Assembly: GCA_934501435.1 (NCBI GenBank)
Contig: CAKSTW010000007.1
Span: 1,347-65,346 of the forward strand
Origin: an uncultured Eubacteriales bacterium
GTDB lineage: Bacteria; Bacillota; Clostridia; Oscillospirales; UBA644
Reading direction: 5' to 3'
Length of the DNA: 64,000 nt
A program made the position numbers and the translations under genes. The notes beneath the pieces are model-generated. The model saw nothing but the letters and a program-made list of their open reading frames with translations. It ran no database searches and was not told the origin of the DNA. The first letter of the stretch is position 1. The number at the start of each line of letters is the position of its first letter. Below are positions 63,455 to 64,000 of the stretch, in pieces.

Positions 63455-63766
63455 TCAAGCCTTTTTCTTCTTCGGAAGAGGTGTTTTCTTTATCAAAATC
63501 GGTAAGATTTTTTGACAAAGCGTTTCGTCCTCTATATCAAGAATGTAACAGTCCTTTGCCGACGGATACGGCTTTCCCGTCTCCGCGTCTTTCATCAGAT
63601 ATACAAGTTCCGGAAACATTTTCACGAATACGGTGTTGTCGCAGACCGTTATAACGGGCTTGTCCTCAATATAGATCGTATATTCGCCGAACATCTTTTT
63701 ATATCGGACGTCGTAAAACGCCGACAGTTTTTCGGCGACGAATTCAATATATTCGGGGGAGGTCAT
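63455..63766 (-). CDS. TfoX/Sxy N-terminal domain family protein
   Basis: 103 aa. EFVAEKLSAFYDVRYKKMFGEYTIYIEDKPV is typical of TfoX_N. Confidence 0.7.
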   Translation of the reverse strand: MTSPEYIEFVAEKLSAFYDVRYKKMFGEYTIYIEDKPVITVCDNTVFVKMFPELVYLMKDAETGKPYPSAKDCYILDIEDETLCQKILPILIKKTPLPKKKKA

Positions 63767-63866
63767 TTTCTCACCGCCTTTCGGATAATTTTAGCATATA
63801 TAAAGATGAATTTCAACCCTTGACTTTGAGCCTCATTTTATTTATAATATCGGCGGAGGGATCATT

Positions 63867-64000
63867 ATGGCGGATATTTTCGATTATCTTTACTGGCGCG
63901 GCGACCTGACTTTTTCAAAAGCGCCGTTCTGCGAGGTCGACGGAGTTATTTTAGCGAGACTTTCCTATCAGCTTTTTGAAAAAATCCTTGAAAAGGGTGA
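63867..64000 (+). CDS. Mbeg1-like/DUF2974 protein, 5' part only (runs off the window)
   Basis: ATG at 63867 follows GGAGGG. The N-terminus MADIFDYLYWRGDLTFSKAPFCEVDGVILARLSY resembles the conserved DUF2974 start. Confidence 0.55.
   Translation, partial: MADIFDYLYWRGDLTFSKAPFCEVDGVILARLSYQLFEKILEKG

Overview
This 64-kb window is chromosomal DNA from a spore-forming Firmicute, probably Clostridia-like. The evidence is the conserved yqfC-yqfD-phoH-ybeY-dgkA-era-recO block, mutS2, holA, typA and spoIIR. Most of the window is tightly packed housekeeping, transport and cell-wall genes.

The main accessory feature is a complete type II-A CRISPR-Cas9 locus on the minus strand at 51875-58700. It has cas9-cas1-cas2-csn2, a leader, 9 perfect repeats plus 1 degenerate 36-bp repeat, and a divergent tracrRNA with its own promoter and terminator. 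The repeat/tracrRNA pair is unlike the S. pyogenes type.

Other points worth a second look:
- A seven-gene minus-strand operon combines D-amino-acid transaminase, both halves of a split D-glutamate-cyclase-like enzyme (DUF4392 and DUF1445), 5-oxoprolinase PxpABC and alanine racemase.
- A 1.5-kb low-GC insert is bracketed by 131-bp direct repeats that duplicate the 3' end and terminator of a rubredoxin gene.
- A 0.5-kb GC-rich, hairpin-dense non-coding region lies between spoIIR and a Fur/PerR-type oxidative-stress cluster.
- Two cell-wall enzyme homologues have lost their catalytic residues. One of them is fused to a winged-helix domain and a TM helix.
- Several promoter-plus-structured-leader candidates sit upstream of transporter genes.

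Many long ORFs in the track are antisense shadow frames and were rejected. All domain and family calls come from motif recognition by eye; no searches were run.
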